Shown piece by piece: positions 9,882 to 22,013 of a stretch of 64,000 bases of DNA. This stretch comes from Amphiscolops sp. MND2022 (Eukaryota). The position numbers were made by a program, and so were the translations under genes. Every line of letters starts with the position of its first letter. Within the stretch, counting starts at the first letter, position 1. The notes under the pieces are model-generated. The model was not told the origin of the DNA and did no database searches. It worked only from the letters and a program-made list of their open reading frames with translations. The stretch is from NCBI GenBank assembly GCA_964187785.1, contig OZ076409.1:37016001-37080000 (forward strand), given 5' to 3'.

Positions 9882-12800
9882 ATGACCGACACCAGACAAG
9901 ACAAAGTTAGAAAACTTTTCGAAAGTCGTGCCAAAGCTGAGACCGAGTTACAACGATTGCAAGAAAAAGTTCAAGATGCCGTGGAGAACAAAGACAGGCG
10001 AGTCCGAGTCGAAAGACTTGTTACTTCCTGCGATGAAGCAATGACGAAACTGTTTGTCAAACATGAACAACTTTTCGAACTCGCTGGCAAAACAGAAGAG
10101 CCATCACTTGTTAAACAAGATTTGGAAGCTTGGTTGAAGGAAGTGACCACTCGAAACAATGAGATCTTGAAGAAGGCTCGTGATTACATCGATCAATGCC
10201 CACTAGTCGATGGAGCATCTCAATCGTCAACGACTGTCACCAAGAGAAAGCAACCAAGCAAAACGTCAGCTTCAAGGACATCTAGACAATCGAGAACATC
10301 CAGTCAACGGCAACGAGACTTGCTAATTGCTAACTGCCAAGCAACGTAAAGAGGAGATAGAAAGGCAAAACGAAGCCGCCCTTAGAATTGCAAAGCAACA
10401 GCAGGAGCTGGAACTCGAACGTCTACAGGAAGAACAGGAACTACTTAGACTGAGGACCGACTGACTTAAGAAAGAACAAGCACTTCGAGTTGAACAGTTA
10501 GAAGAAGAAAACCGAAAGAAACTAGCTGAAGCAACACTCACTGAGCTTGAACTGACCGAGGACTTGTCGGACGCTCAATCGGAGTTTCTAGACACCGTTT
10601 CACAACTAGCGGCTTCGACTAAAGCTGACGATGCTGTCCGAGTCAGCGAGTGGGTTAACAATTCACCCGTTGCTAGTGCAAGTGATCCCACAAATACTGT
10701 AAGTTTGGAACCGAACGCCGTTATCGTCACTACTGCAACACAAAATTCAGTCAACAGAGGAGCTCCCACAACTAACCCTCCACCTAGTATCCCAGCAGTG
10801 ACTCCTATCGCCCCTCAAGCTGCGCCAACGATCAACAACATACCACTAGCTACAGGACCAGGTTCAATAGTTTACCTACCAAACACTGACCACGTCCAGG
10901 TTCCCCAGTCGACCACAACGCTTCAGGGGACAAATGCTCCATCGGTAACTGCTTCAGCCTCAGCTTCTTTGGCAACCGCCACGTCAATTCCGATTTCAAC
11001 AGTCACCGTTCCCGCAAGTCATGTTCTTCCGAATTTATCAGCCTGGACGTTTCTGACAGGACCAAGTAACCCGCCCGTGACAGTAAACCCAATAACTTCG
11101 AGCGCCACTGTGTTTCCGACAGTTTTACCGGCTACTAGTGTCGCCCCAACAGCTTCGCCTGTTATCCCAGTCTCCGCTGGAGGAACAGTATACTATATTA
11201 ACCCGACGTCTCTTGCAACTGTGCCCGCACCAAGCAGCGCACCAGTACCGACTACTTTCCCGGCCGTTCCTTCAACAGCAACACTATTGGCAACCCCTCA
11301 ATTCGTCAATGTACCGCAACCTGCAACCACCAGTTTCACTGTCCAAGATCTTGCGCAACTGTTAGCGTCATCGAAGAGGGACCACCTCCCAGAATGGAAA
11401 CTGGCCTAGTACAGTGGGGATCCACTTCAATGGCACGAGTGGTTCGGCCAGTTCAGGAGTGCCATCGATTCAGCACCCCTTACCGTTGATGTGAAACTGA
11501 CCTACCTGAAACCACTGGTGTCCGGTAAGGCAAAAACCGCTATAGCCGAGTTTGCGTACTGCTGTACTATGTACAAAGACGCGCTGAAAACGTTGGAACG
11601 AAAGTTTGGGCAACCTCAGACTGTTGTTAGTGCCTACCTCGACAAACTTGCCAACTATCCCCCAGTAAAGATGCACAATAGCGACAGTATCTTCAGCTTT
11701 CTGCCGCAGTTTCCTCACTGGTTGGTGTTTTCAAATCCTTGAACTACCTGCAGGATATGTCGAGTGCTTCTCTCCTGGGCCAAGCGGTTCAAAAACTTCC
11801 ACCAAATTTGAAGGAAGCGTGGTCGATGAACACCGTCAAACGGAATCTGGATCGGCTGACTTTGATTCACTTTAACGACTGGCTAAAAGAGAAAGCAGAG
11901 GCACACGAAAGAATGAAAGCCGCCTCCAGTAAACCAAGATCTGAAGAAGATCCTGTCACTACCGTAACCAAGACCATAACAGGAACCAAGGTCTTTGCGG
12001 CGACCACCAGTAACCAAGGAAACAGCGCTAGCAAGGTTAAAAGTGAGAAACAATGTGTAGCTTGCAAGGACAGTCACCCGCTTTGGCGTTGTACAGTATT
12101 CCGCCGAAAAACTCCGACAGAGGGAACCAAGCTAGCCGCTGAGATCAAACTTTGCTTCTCTTGTCTAAACGAAGGACATTCATTCCGGCAATGCCCGCAA
12201 CCAAGAAAATGCACAAAAGACGGCTGTAGCAGCTCTCATAACCCCTTACTTCACGGGTCCGACAGAATTTTTCCACAGAAAAGTCCCGGCGACGCGAAAC
12301 ATTCTCAACGTAAAACGACAAAGGTCAGCCAAAGACAAACAGGCAGCAAAAGCTCCGGCATGCATTCCGTAACCGACGACAAAGGCTTGTTGCAGATAAC
12401 AGAAGTCGAATTGACATCGCCGTCGAGCTCTGCTAAAATTCTTGCTTTATGTGACTCAGCTTGTAGTCATTCATGGATCTCGAGAAAATTAGCCGACAAA
12501 CTACAAGTTAAGGGCTCAACAACCAAGTTAACCGTACATGGGATAAACTCCCAAAAACTGATTGACACGGAAACAGTTGAGCTTAAGTTGACACCCGTTC
12601 ATTCAGGTGGCTCTTGTTCAGCTTTTCCTGTCACTCCTTACGTCCGAGACGATTTGAAAGTTGGAAACGACACTATCGACGTTGACAAACTGAAAACGAC
12701 TTACCCGCATCTGGAACCGATCCCCCTCAGCAAGTACAGCTATTCAGACGTTGAGATGATCCTTGGTCAGGATTTCTTCCACTGTATCCGCCCATTGGAG

Positions 12801-15800
12801 TACTTCGGAGCCGACCGTTCGAATACTCCAATAGCCGTCCGTTCACCGTTGGGTTGAGTACTCAGTGGTCCGCTTCCTTCCACCACGGGTCTTTTCTCGA
12901 CATGTTTCAAAGCTGTCGCTAGCACAGAGAATGATTCTATTCTTGCCGAACAACTTCGCAGCTGGTACGACATTGAGTCATATGGTGCCTACAAACAAGT
13001 TGACTCTCGCTCCGCAGCCGATGCGCGAGCGATGAAAATCCTCGAAGAGACGACATTCAACGATGGCTGCCGTTACCAAGTTGGAATGTTGTGGGCCGAT
13101 GAAGAAAGTACGTTGCCGAACAACTACTTCTCGACTCTTGTACAACTTAAGTCGTTAGAACACCGCCTTGGAAAAGATCCTCAACTGAAAGAGAGTTACA
13201 GCAAGACTATCAGAGAGGACTTCGAAAAAAGGTACATCGTTCGAGTCGATAAATCGTTCCAGTCGATAAATGTTTCCGTACCGATAACCGTCGTGAGTGG
13301 TACTTGCCACATCACCCTGTAGTACACTAACACAAACCCGGCGAAGTGAGAAGAGTTCTCAATGGTGCTGCAAAGTTCCATGGACACTCTTTGAACAACG
13401 CCCTTCTAACCGGTCCGGATCTACTGCAAAGTTTGATCCATATCCTCTTCAGGTTCCGTCAATTCCCCAAGGCCGTGTCCGCTGACATTGAAGGTATGTT
13501 CTTACAAGTGGGAGTTATACTGAAAGACCAACCGTCCATTCGTTTTTTGTGGCGGGAGGATCCATCAACTGAAGTTGCTGTTTTTCAGTACGTAAGACAC
13601 ATCTTTGGGTCGAAGGACTCTCTGACTTGCGCAAATTACGCTCTGAAGAGGACCGCAACCGACAACGCCGACAAATTTCCGAAAGCCGCTCAAAGCATGC
13701 AGACGAATTTCTACATGGACGACTACCTCGAGTCTAGTCCCACTGCCGACGAAGCTACCCAGAAAGCCAAAGACTTAGTGAAATTGCTTTCGCTGGGTGG
13801 ATTCAATATAACTAAGTTTGTGTCTAACGACAGAAACATCTTGCAACAAATCGAGCCAAATTCTGAGTGCCAACCCAACGATGGTAAACAGTTACCGACA
13901 ACTGAGGAATCATCGCACGTACTTGGCCTCAAATGGAACCACGTCCCAGATACACTTGTTGTTAGCCGAGGCACCACTCCCGACACAAACCGAACTGTTA
14001 CTCAACGAGTTGTTCTCAGCCTCGTCTCCGCCGTGTACGACCCTATTGGGCTCGTAGCACCGTACACCGTGAAAGCCCGACTTCTGCTGAAAGACAAATG
14101 GAGACAGAGCGGTCAGAAATGGGATGATCTTCTCCCGGAGGACATTGTAACCAAGTTTTTGGACTTGGAATTCTGAATTGGGAACTCTTAGTGAACTCGT
14201 GATCCCAAGAAGTTACTTCCAGCAACATGTCGAGTGTTTGGAGTTACATATGTTTGGTGACAGTTCGCAAGATGTCTTTAGTGCCGTAGCTTTCCTCAGA
14301 GGGAAAGTCAACACTGGAAATGGTTGTTCTACTGAAATAGACTTTGTGTTTGGCAAAGCACGAGTTGCGCCAATGAAAGCACTTACCATTCCCAAACTCG
14401 AACTACAGGCCGCGTTGCTCGCTGCGAGATTGAGGAACGAATGGCAACGCGCGCTCACTTTGCACATTGATCGAACATTTATGTGGACTGACAGTACTAC
14501 GGGTCCTTCAGTGGCTACATTCTCTTGAGAAACAGCCGGTATTCGTAGCAAACTGTGTTGCAGAGATACTCGAACTGACAACTACAGATGAGTGGTACCA
14601 CGTGCAATCCGCCGACAACCCTGCTGACGCCGGAACTAGAGGTTTGTCTGCCAAGACTCTTCTGCAAAGTAGTTGGTTAAATGGCCCTGAATTCCTGAAA
14701 ACAGATGAATGGCCCTTCAAGCTTTCCGAAGACTTTCGACAGAAACTGAAGCAAGTAAAACTGGATACGACTGACGAACTAGTTCCTAAGTCTTCTTCAA
14801 TGCTGTGCGAAACCCAAGTTGCAATTGTAAAAACTTTCGAGTGGCAGAAGTATTGCTCATACGAGAAACTCCTGCGCATTGCAGCCTATGTTTTGCGGCT
14901 CTCACCAAAGAACAGAGACTACAGGACTATCGCAGGCGCCATTATTGATCCGGCCGAACTTGAAAATGCCGAACCACCGCCTTTTCTACCTGAGTCAGGC
15001 GGAATCATTCCACGTTGAGAAAGTAGTTTGCTGAAGTCAACCCCGCTCAGTAAAATTTCAAAACTTGCGCAATTTTCTCCCTTCATAGGACCCAACGGGC
15101 TCCTTAGAGCTTCTGGTCGAACAAAAAACCTTGACGTTGCAACCTTCGATGTGAAACATCCCATTCTGTTGGACGCCCGACATCCCTTGGTTCGACTCTT
15201 GTTAGAACACACGCACGTTCAACATTGTCATCAAGGTGTTGACTACCTGCGCGCTCTGATACAGCAACGCCTTGCGGTGGTAAAACTGCGAGCAACTTTG
15301 AGAACAATAGTTTCGAGGTGTGTTACATGCCGCAAGCGAAGGGCTGAAACCATTGCTCCAGTGATGGCGGACCTCCCGCGAGAAAGACTTGCTTTCAAAG
15401 AACCCCCTTTCTCGAACACAGGTGTAGACTATCTCGGACCCTTCTTTGGAACCGTGAGGCGGTCCACTGAAAAACGTTGGGGATTCCTTTTCACATGTCT
15501 CACCACTCGCGCTGTCCACTTCGAAGTAGTACTTAGCATGGACACCAGTAGCTGTGTGATGGGAATAGAAAAATTTTGCGCCCGTCGTGGAACCCCATGA
15601 GTAATCTGGTCCGACAATGGAACAAACTTCGTTGCTAGCGATAAAGAACTTTTGTCCAACATCAACAACTGGAACCAGCAAGTCCTCGGAGAAACACTTG
15701 TAAAGAAAGGCATAAAGTGGAAGTTTAACCCACCAAGTGCTCCCCATCACGGAGGTGTTTGGGAACGCCTAGTTCGGAGCTTCAAGCTTGTTTTTTATGC

Positions 15801-16301
15801 CGTTTTAGGAAACCGCCGTTTGACAGACGAAGTCTTGACGACCACGTTCTGCTTGGTAGAACCATGTCTCAATGCTCGTCCAATCACTCCCGTGAGCCCT
15901 GAAGCTACTGACCTCGACGCTCTCACACCAAACCACTTTCTACTGGGAACTGCCAGCTCAACATTGCCATCACACTTCCGCCCCGAAATAGACCATCGAA
16001 AGCGATACGTTCGAGCTCAAGCGTACTCAGACGCAATTTGGAATCGTTGGCTCAAGGAGTACGTTCCAAACCTCAACCGTCGCTCCAAATGGTCCAAGTC
16101 GTCAGACCGAGACCTGAAACCGGAGATCTCGTCTGATTAGTCGAACCGACCGCACCAAGAGGACACTACCCACTTGGTCGCGTAGTGAAGTTAAATTACG
16201 GCACCAATGCCATCGCCGGTTCAGCCGAAGTCAAGACATCTACCGGAAACCCAGTTGTCAAGCTCGCTCCCGTTCTCCCCATTCCCGAACAAACTATATA
16301 A
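9882..16301 (+). pseudogene. BEL/Pao gag-pol polyprotein, disrupted by many stops and frameshifts
   Basis: Coiled-coil N-terminus; capsid-like region (LPEWKL..YSGDPLQW); CCHC knuckles at about 12055-12245; protease LCDSACSHSWI; RT (ADIEGMF, FYMDDYL); RNase H (HMFGDSS, TIPKLELQAA, NPADAGTRG); integrase (H..H, CVTC, GVDYLGP, SDNGTNF, GGVWER). Confidence 0.93.
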
Positions 16302-16417
16302 TTTTGTTTTTGCTTCATTTCACCGTACATTATTTACATTATTATATTTCTTGTAACATGTAAAAAAAGTTTTTATTTGATTGACCCGTTTCTTCACATC
16401 TTCTTGGGCCCGGAGGA

Positions 16418-16823
16418 TGTTGACAAGCAATTGATAATATTAAAAGCAAATAAGAATTGTTCCGTTTCAAGGTAGCTTGGCCTAGCGGTAGAATACAAGG
16501 CCGGTATTCGACCGGCCTAGGTTCAATTCCCGGACAGGTAAAATATTTCCTATTTCGGAAATAAGATCTAAATATTTTTTCTTGATTTCAGTAAAGTAAC
16601 CTTGAGAAAGGCCTTGCTATTTGTGTTACTGTTGTTTGTAATTGTTGTCAAATATTATTTAATCATTTCGTTTTTTTTGCCGCTTTACATATAATAATTT
16701 GATTGCCTTTGTCATCATTGTGGATTCGAAACTTGATAGAAATTGGCCTCAAATAATCAATTGTTAACTGCCCTTGTTTTGAAAAACGATCTATAGAGAC
16801 CGACCATTCTATAGTTATCTTTA
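16418..16823 (+). repeat. 3' LTR of the BEL element (~406 bp; ends TA rather than CA)
   Basis: Follows the PPT, matches 8476-8645 and is bounded on the right by the TSD GTGGC. Confidence 0.75.
16471..16540 (+). promoter_or_regulatory. tRNA-like internal Pol III promoter within the BEL LTR
   Basis: A-box TGGCCTAGCGG (16478-16488), perfect 8-bp hairpin AGGCCGGT-attcg-ACCGGCCT (16498-16518) and B-box GGTTCAATTCC (16520-16530). Confidence 0.65.
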
Positions 16824-18062
16824 GTGGCAGTAGAAGTTACAAGTGTGGCAGTTAGTGGACGCAGCTTATAATGCTTATGAAATCTGTCACTTCGTTGGTC
16901 TTTAAAAAATTCACTGCTATAGTCTGCGTTTTCTAAAAATTGATAGTTGACAAAACAGTCACAGTTTCTTTAAAGACTAGTATAGTGTGGACATTGTCAG
17001 ATACATTCGTGATGTACATTGAGATGAAAACTTAGGGAAGTTAAGCACATACGGAAGGAAAATGAGCAATGTAACATACACGTATTATCAATAGTTCCCA
17101 AATGATAGAAAAAAAGTTCCTGCCTAATGCGACACCTTAGGATCCAGATATTAACTTTGTTCACACTATCTGTCCTTATGAAGTAACACATTCTTTTTTA
17201 GGAAACTACCGTCAAATTTTTTAGAGAAAAATTTAAAGAGGGATGGTTTTTCAAACTGATGTGATTGTTTTTTCAAAACAGGAAGTTAACTTCTATAGTT
17301 TTTCGTTTCAACTAAACTTTTTCCACGGGACAGAAAGCCAATCGATTCATGGATCTATGGATTCTTTTGATTTTTAGGGGCAATAATTCTCCTTGAATTC
17401 ATTGGTTGTTATCATTTTATCAATTGAATAGCACCCTTAAAGTGCATGATGATATGAAAGTCTTACTGTCACCAAGGCTTTGTTGCGTCAAAGCTGGACA
17501 ATACATGAAGCAAAGTCTACCTATCGATATACCTATATTTTAGCCATTACAGTAATCAGAATCAAAACCAATTTTTACTTCAAAGAACCAATTTGGGTTC
17601 TAATCGTAACTACAAAATGAGCACAATCAGACTCAAGTCTTTCAAACTATTACATGAAAGATTGCATTCAATTGAAAGCTATAACTAGAGCAGAACTTTT
17701 CAATTATGATCTTGAAACAAAATTTCAAGAGGCTAACATTTGTTGGAAAATATTTCGGCAACTGTCATCTGATGCAGATCTTGAAACAGTTCTTGTCAAA
17801 ATCAAGAGCTCAGATGATCTCAAATAATTCTCAGAAGTCTTTGTCTTTGATGGCAAAATGTCCGAACTAAGTGTCCGAACCATTTTACTAGGAAGTATTC
17901 ATTTATTCCTCAAATAGGCATCCTACGATTCAGAAAAAAACACAGAATACATACGTTATCCCATCGAGCGAGTATTACCCAGTGTAAAAACTCTTTGAAC
18001 TCTTGCAAAGAACCTTGGATATTCTTGGATTTCTTGGTAAGAATATTGCCAAGACTCTAACC

Positions 18063-18360
18063 AACAAGACGGGAACGTCTAAAGTCGGCGCCATACCAAG
18101 GCTCAAAAAGCGCAAAGTTTTTAAAATTGTAGAAGGGGGGACTCTCTTGGCTTTTTGAAAATCCAGTTTGTTGCAAAATATCAAAAAAATGAAGGAGCGA
18201 CCCTTCGGAGACATTGAAAAATTTCGAAAAAAAGTCTCACCAAGCTGGAAAAAGGGGCGGGGAAAGTCTCATAGCGTCGAAAAATTGGAAGAGGGACTCT
18301 TCTGGGTTTTGCATTTCAAGGTAGAGGCCTTTGGAGGCGTTCAAAATCAAGTACTGAGAA
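18063..18360 (+). mobile_element. Helentron/DINE-1-like repeat, truncated copy
   Basis: AACAAGACGGGAACGTCTAAAGTCGGCGCCATACCAAGGCTCAAAAA, homologous to 8051 onward. Right end approximate. Confidence 0.55.
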
Positions 18361-18884
18361 ACCCTGCGAACCTGGATATTATGTCCTCATAGCAATCTAC
18401 GGTACCACAATTCAGACAAATAGCTGACTTGCAGCTGTGATTTCAAAGTTAATCGCTCAAGATCATAAAGTCTTATTGCTTGCAGTTGCTCTTTTGAATT
18501 TTGTTTTCCCGCCAAGTGCCTTTTATATCATGACCCTTCAATAAGATAGGGAACGCGAACTTTTTCTAAACCAGTTATGAGCTGAGACTGTAAATTTTAA
18601 CAACTTTTTGTTTATTTTAGACAGTATTTTGAATGAACGCGCATCATTTCTCTATACAATAAATCGCAAACAAATCTAAGTATGTAAACTTATCTATGTA
18701 TTTATGTAAAATGAAATTTGGTTCGATATCATTTCACCACACGTTCATGTCGTTTCTAGACCTGGTGCCGAGGTCTGAAAAGCAGGAAAAGTGGATCGCG
18801 CACTAAACCAAAGACTTTTATGCTTGCAAAGGTAGAGGAAAAGCCGGTATTTTCCCTATAAAATTTACGCAGCCGGCCTGAAAA

Positions 18885-19160
18885 CTCCTGACTAAGTGTG
18901 GTCCCTACAAGAGGTTAGCAAATTTGTTGTATGGCTCGGTCGCTTCGCTCCCTTCACCAAGTAGCAACATTGAGGCATGGCCATATGGCACGTCGCTCCG
19001 CTTCGCTCCTGCATTTAGGGCACTAGGGGTATGTGAACATAGCTGACGACGTAATAATAAAAATCCGACAAACTATGCAAGGACCACACTTAGTAAGGAG
19101 AAATCGCTTGGGACCACACTTAGTAAGGAGAAATCGCTTGGGACCACACTTAGTCAGGAG
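18885..19160. mobile_element. MITE with 21-bp TIRs and an internal 30-bp tandem repeat
   Basis: CTCCTGACTAAGTGTGGTCCC (18885-18905) and GGGACCACACTTAGTCAGGAG (19140-19160). About 2.7 copies of GGACCACACTTAGTAAGGAGAAATCGCTTG at 19081-19160. Confidence 0.8.
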
Positions 19161-19672
19161 TACCGAAAAGCCAAAGGGTTCCCTTTGATGTTTTTTTTTG
19201 GCACTGTTCGACTTTTGTTCTATTTTTTTTCAAATTGAAGCCCTTTTGATTTTTAGAAGGAACAAAGCTTCTTACCAACATAGAGACCTCCTTTTTTCAG
19301 GCACTGTGCGACTTAGCAAAGGAATATTTTATCACAAAATTTTAAGGTTTTCGAGGTTTTCTGTTAAGAAAGACCGATTTCCGAGTCTTTAGGGGGACCT
19401 GTTGAAACCTCGGTGAGACTGATGAAAGTTGTGAGCCTAAAGGGGCCCACCTTTGAGTAATTTCGGTAAGTTGCGTCTTGTTTTCGTATCAAACTTTTCC
19501 AAAAATTCGCATCTGGTTTTTGCGATCTTTTCAGTCAAATTGTAAGAGTCATTTTTAACCCCTCCGAAAAAGTTTGTTGTAACAGTATACGAAAGAGATC
19601 GCAGTGACACTGCTCCTTTTGTTGGTGATTAGTTTCAAGTTGTTTTTCTGGTAGTACTACGATTAAATTAGG

Positions 19673-20643
19673 CGATTACCAGAAATTTCGTCGTCGGAAA
19701 TTTCGTCGTCAAAATTTTCGTCGCGAGAAATTTCGTCGTCGGAAATTTCATCGTCGGAAATTTCGTCGTCGGAAATTTCGTCGTCGGAAATTTCGTCGTC
19801 AGAAATTTCGTCGTCAGAAATTTCGTCGTCGGTGATTACGTTCTATAAAACGTCGCATTTTCTTTTATCTATTAGGAACCGTCTAATTATTGAGTCTTAA
19901 TAATTATCGATAACTGTACAATTATTACTATCATTGACTACTTTCTGTTATGGTTTTGAGAGAAAAGTAGAGAAAACCCCCCAATGCAATGGATAGGATT
20001 ATGTCGACATCAATTATTTCATTGGACCAAAGTTTCAACGCAAACGATGTCGACATTATGGTATTTGAACCTTCTTGTTTTTTATGGTCTTATTTACCTC
20101 GACGCAGTTTGGGTGGAAGATGACATGGTCCAAAATTCCCCCCGGAGCAAGCTTGAATTGTTTTGTAAAGCCCCGGTTTAAACAAAATGTTTCAGACCTT
20201 ATCCCCCCAGATACACCTTGTTTCTCATTTCCCAACACGAAGTTGTTTCGACACTTAAAGCAAAAATTATCATGATTTTTTGATAATTTTCTGACGAAAA
20301 GCAAAAATTCCCCCTGGAACAAGCTTGAATTGTTTTCCACCGGTAGGACGGAAAATAAACCATTGCTCAATAAGAGTCTTGATGAGTTGATTGAATGCAA
20401 TTAACTTTTTGACTCAATTTTGGTGTCAAAATGAAATTTGTTCCTGAGATCTCATTTTAATAATTAAATAATTGAATAATTCAATTGATATCTTTTGGTG
20501 AACACTGTTATTCTAATCAATACGACGAAATATCTGACGACGAATTTTCTGACGACGAAATTTCTGGATTTGCTATTACGACGAAATTTCCTACGACGAA
20601 ATTTCTGACGACGAAATTTCTGGCGACGAAATTTCCGCCTCCC
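19673..20643. mobile_element. Foldback/Mutator-like MITE with 15-bp subterminal arrays
   Basis: About 10 copies of GGAAATTTCGTCGTC at 19681-19830 and inverted GACGACGAAATTTC copies at 20522-20636. AATTAGG flanks both sides (19666-19672, 20644-20650). Confidence 0.8.
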
Positions 20644-21094
20644 AATTAGGTTACAGTGGAAATTGACTTCCAAGACGCATTTGAATACTTAAACAGTCTG
20701 GTGAAACTACTAATGACTCTGGGGTGAAACGATTTTACAGTAAAATGGGGTTAAACAAAGACACACCAATTCAAGAGCTACCTTGGCTTCAATTTCTCAT
20801 ATCCGACACTTTAGGGTATTTTTCGCCTCTCAAATGATAGCCATACTATGAAACATGTTGGATCAATTTATGGCTTTTCTTTGAAACCGGTTTTCTTGGT
20901 GATTTGTAAAGACTTTTTTGAGTGCAAATATTTCGAAAACAGTAGAGAAACATAATTGCCGTCAGAAGTTGTTTCCCAGCTACAGAATATTGATAGGTTC
21001 CCGTTTCTGAATATTGTTCTTTGCAGCAATGGATCCTTGTGTTAAAACACGAATTTAGGTGCTGTTTTCCAATCAATGCTCAAGTCAAAAACGT

Positions 21095-21515
21095 AAAGCG
21101 ACAATTCGTCCCAAGCGACGATTCGTCCCTATCAATTCGTCCCAATTATTAAAAGCTGCAATTTGTCCCCAATTTAATGGCCAATAGACCTTTGTAATAG
21201 TGAATCCAGAAAGATTACAATTAGAGGCAGGTGCCAACAATTAATTTTCACATTCCACGACTAGTACGTTAAAATGCAACATTTTTAAATTATTCTCACA
21301 TGGTTGAATGAATTCATTTGTGGTTGGTTCGATTATTTCTTTCGTTTGAACCTTCAAAAGGTTGTTAATTAGCTGATCAATTAAACAATTTGGGACGAAT
21401 TGTCGCTTTTTACCAATGGGACGAATTGTCGCCTTTTCAAAATGGGACGAATTGACGCTTGGGACGAATTGTCGCTTGGGACGAATTGTCGCTTGGGACG
21501 AATTGTCGCTTGGGC
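21095..21515. mobile_element. Foldback MITE with GCGACAATTCGTCCCA arrays
   Basis: Left copies at 21098-21145 and inverted TGGGACGAATTGTCGCT copies at 21391-21514. TSD not resolved. Confidence 0.7.
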
Positions 21516-21745
21516 AAAAAGCAAATTTGTCAAAAAAGGAGAATTATTCAATTCTAAGTTTTATTGCGTCAATTTTCCTTGCGCGTGAAGGTTTGTGGGT
21601 AAGTGTCATGATGAGAAGATAGATAGGCTAGTTAACAATGATCTATATTATTTTTCATTCTAGATAATATCATTTTGATTTGAATTCAGTAACTCGGGGG
21701 ACAAAACGAGTCGCTTTAATCAAGAAAGATGAACTCGTTACGTAC

Positions 21746-22013
21746 CTGTGATTAGACTGCAAGTAATTAGGGGTAAGATAAGCATCTTGAGCATACGCAA
21801 CATGATTTCTCCCGGGAATTTCAACACGTAGATGGTGTAAGGTTCCGGCTCGTACGATCTAAGGGCAAATCCGACAATTGCGCCCAGCAATACGGCTAGA
21901 ATTGTGAGATACAACAGAAGATCGTCCAGGAAAAAGTCTCTGACTTTCTGCAGGGCCGTTTTTGGGGGCTCGTTCTTCTCGGCCTCTAGGTCATCGGCTC
22001 GGTTTTCTCCCAT
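21746..22013 (-). CDS. SLC1A: First coding exon of an SLC1-family (excitatory amino acid / dicarboxylate:cation symporter) transporter
   Basis: MGENR...LLYLTILAVLLGAIVGFALR...FPGEIMLRMLKMLILPLITCSLITG is the EAAT TM1-TM2 signature. Splice donor CAG|GTACG follows SLITG (GT at 21745-21744), where SLC1A genes typically have an intron. Confidence 0.92.

Larger units (their letters stand above)
8476..16823 (+). mobile_element. BEL/Pao LTR retrotransposon, decayed copy
   Basis: LTRs start TGTTGACAAGCAATTG at 8476 and 16418. Polypurine tract GGGCCCGGAGGA precedes the 3' LTR. 5-bp TSD GTGGC (8471-8475, 16824-16828). Gag-PR-RT-RH-IN order with BEL-specific motifs. Confidence 0.92.
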
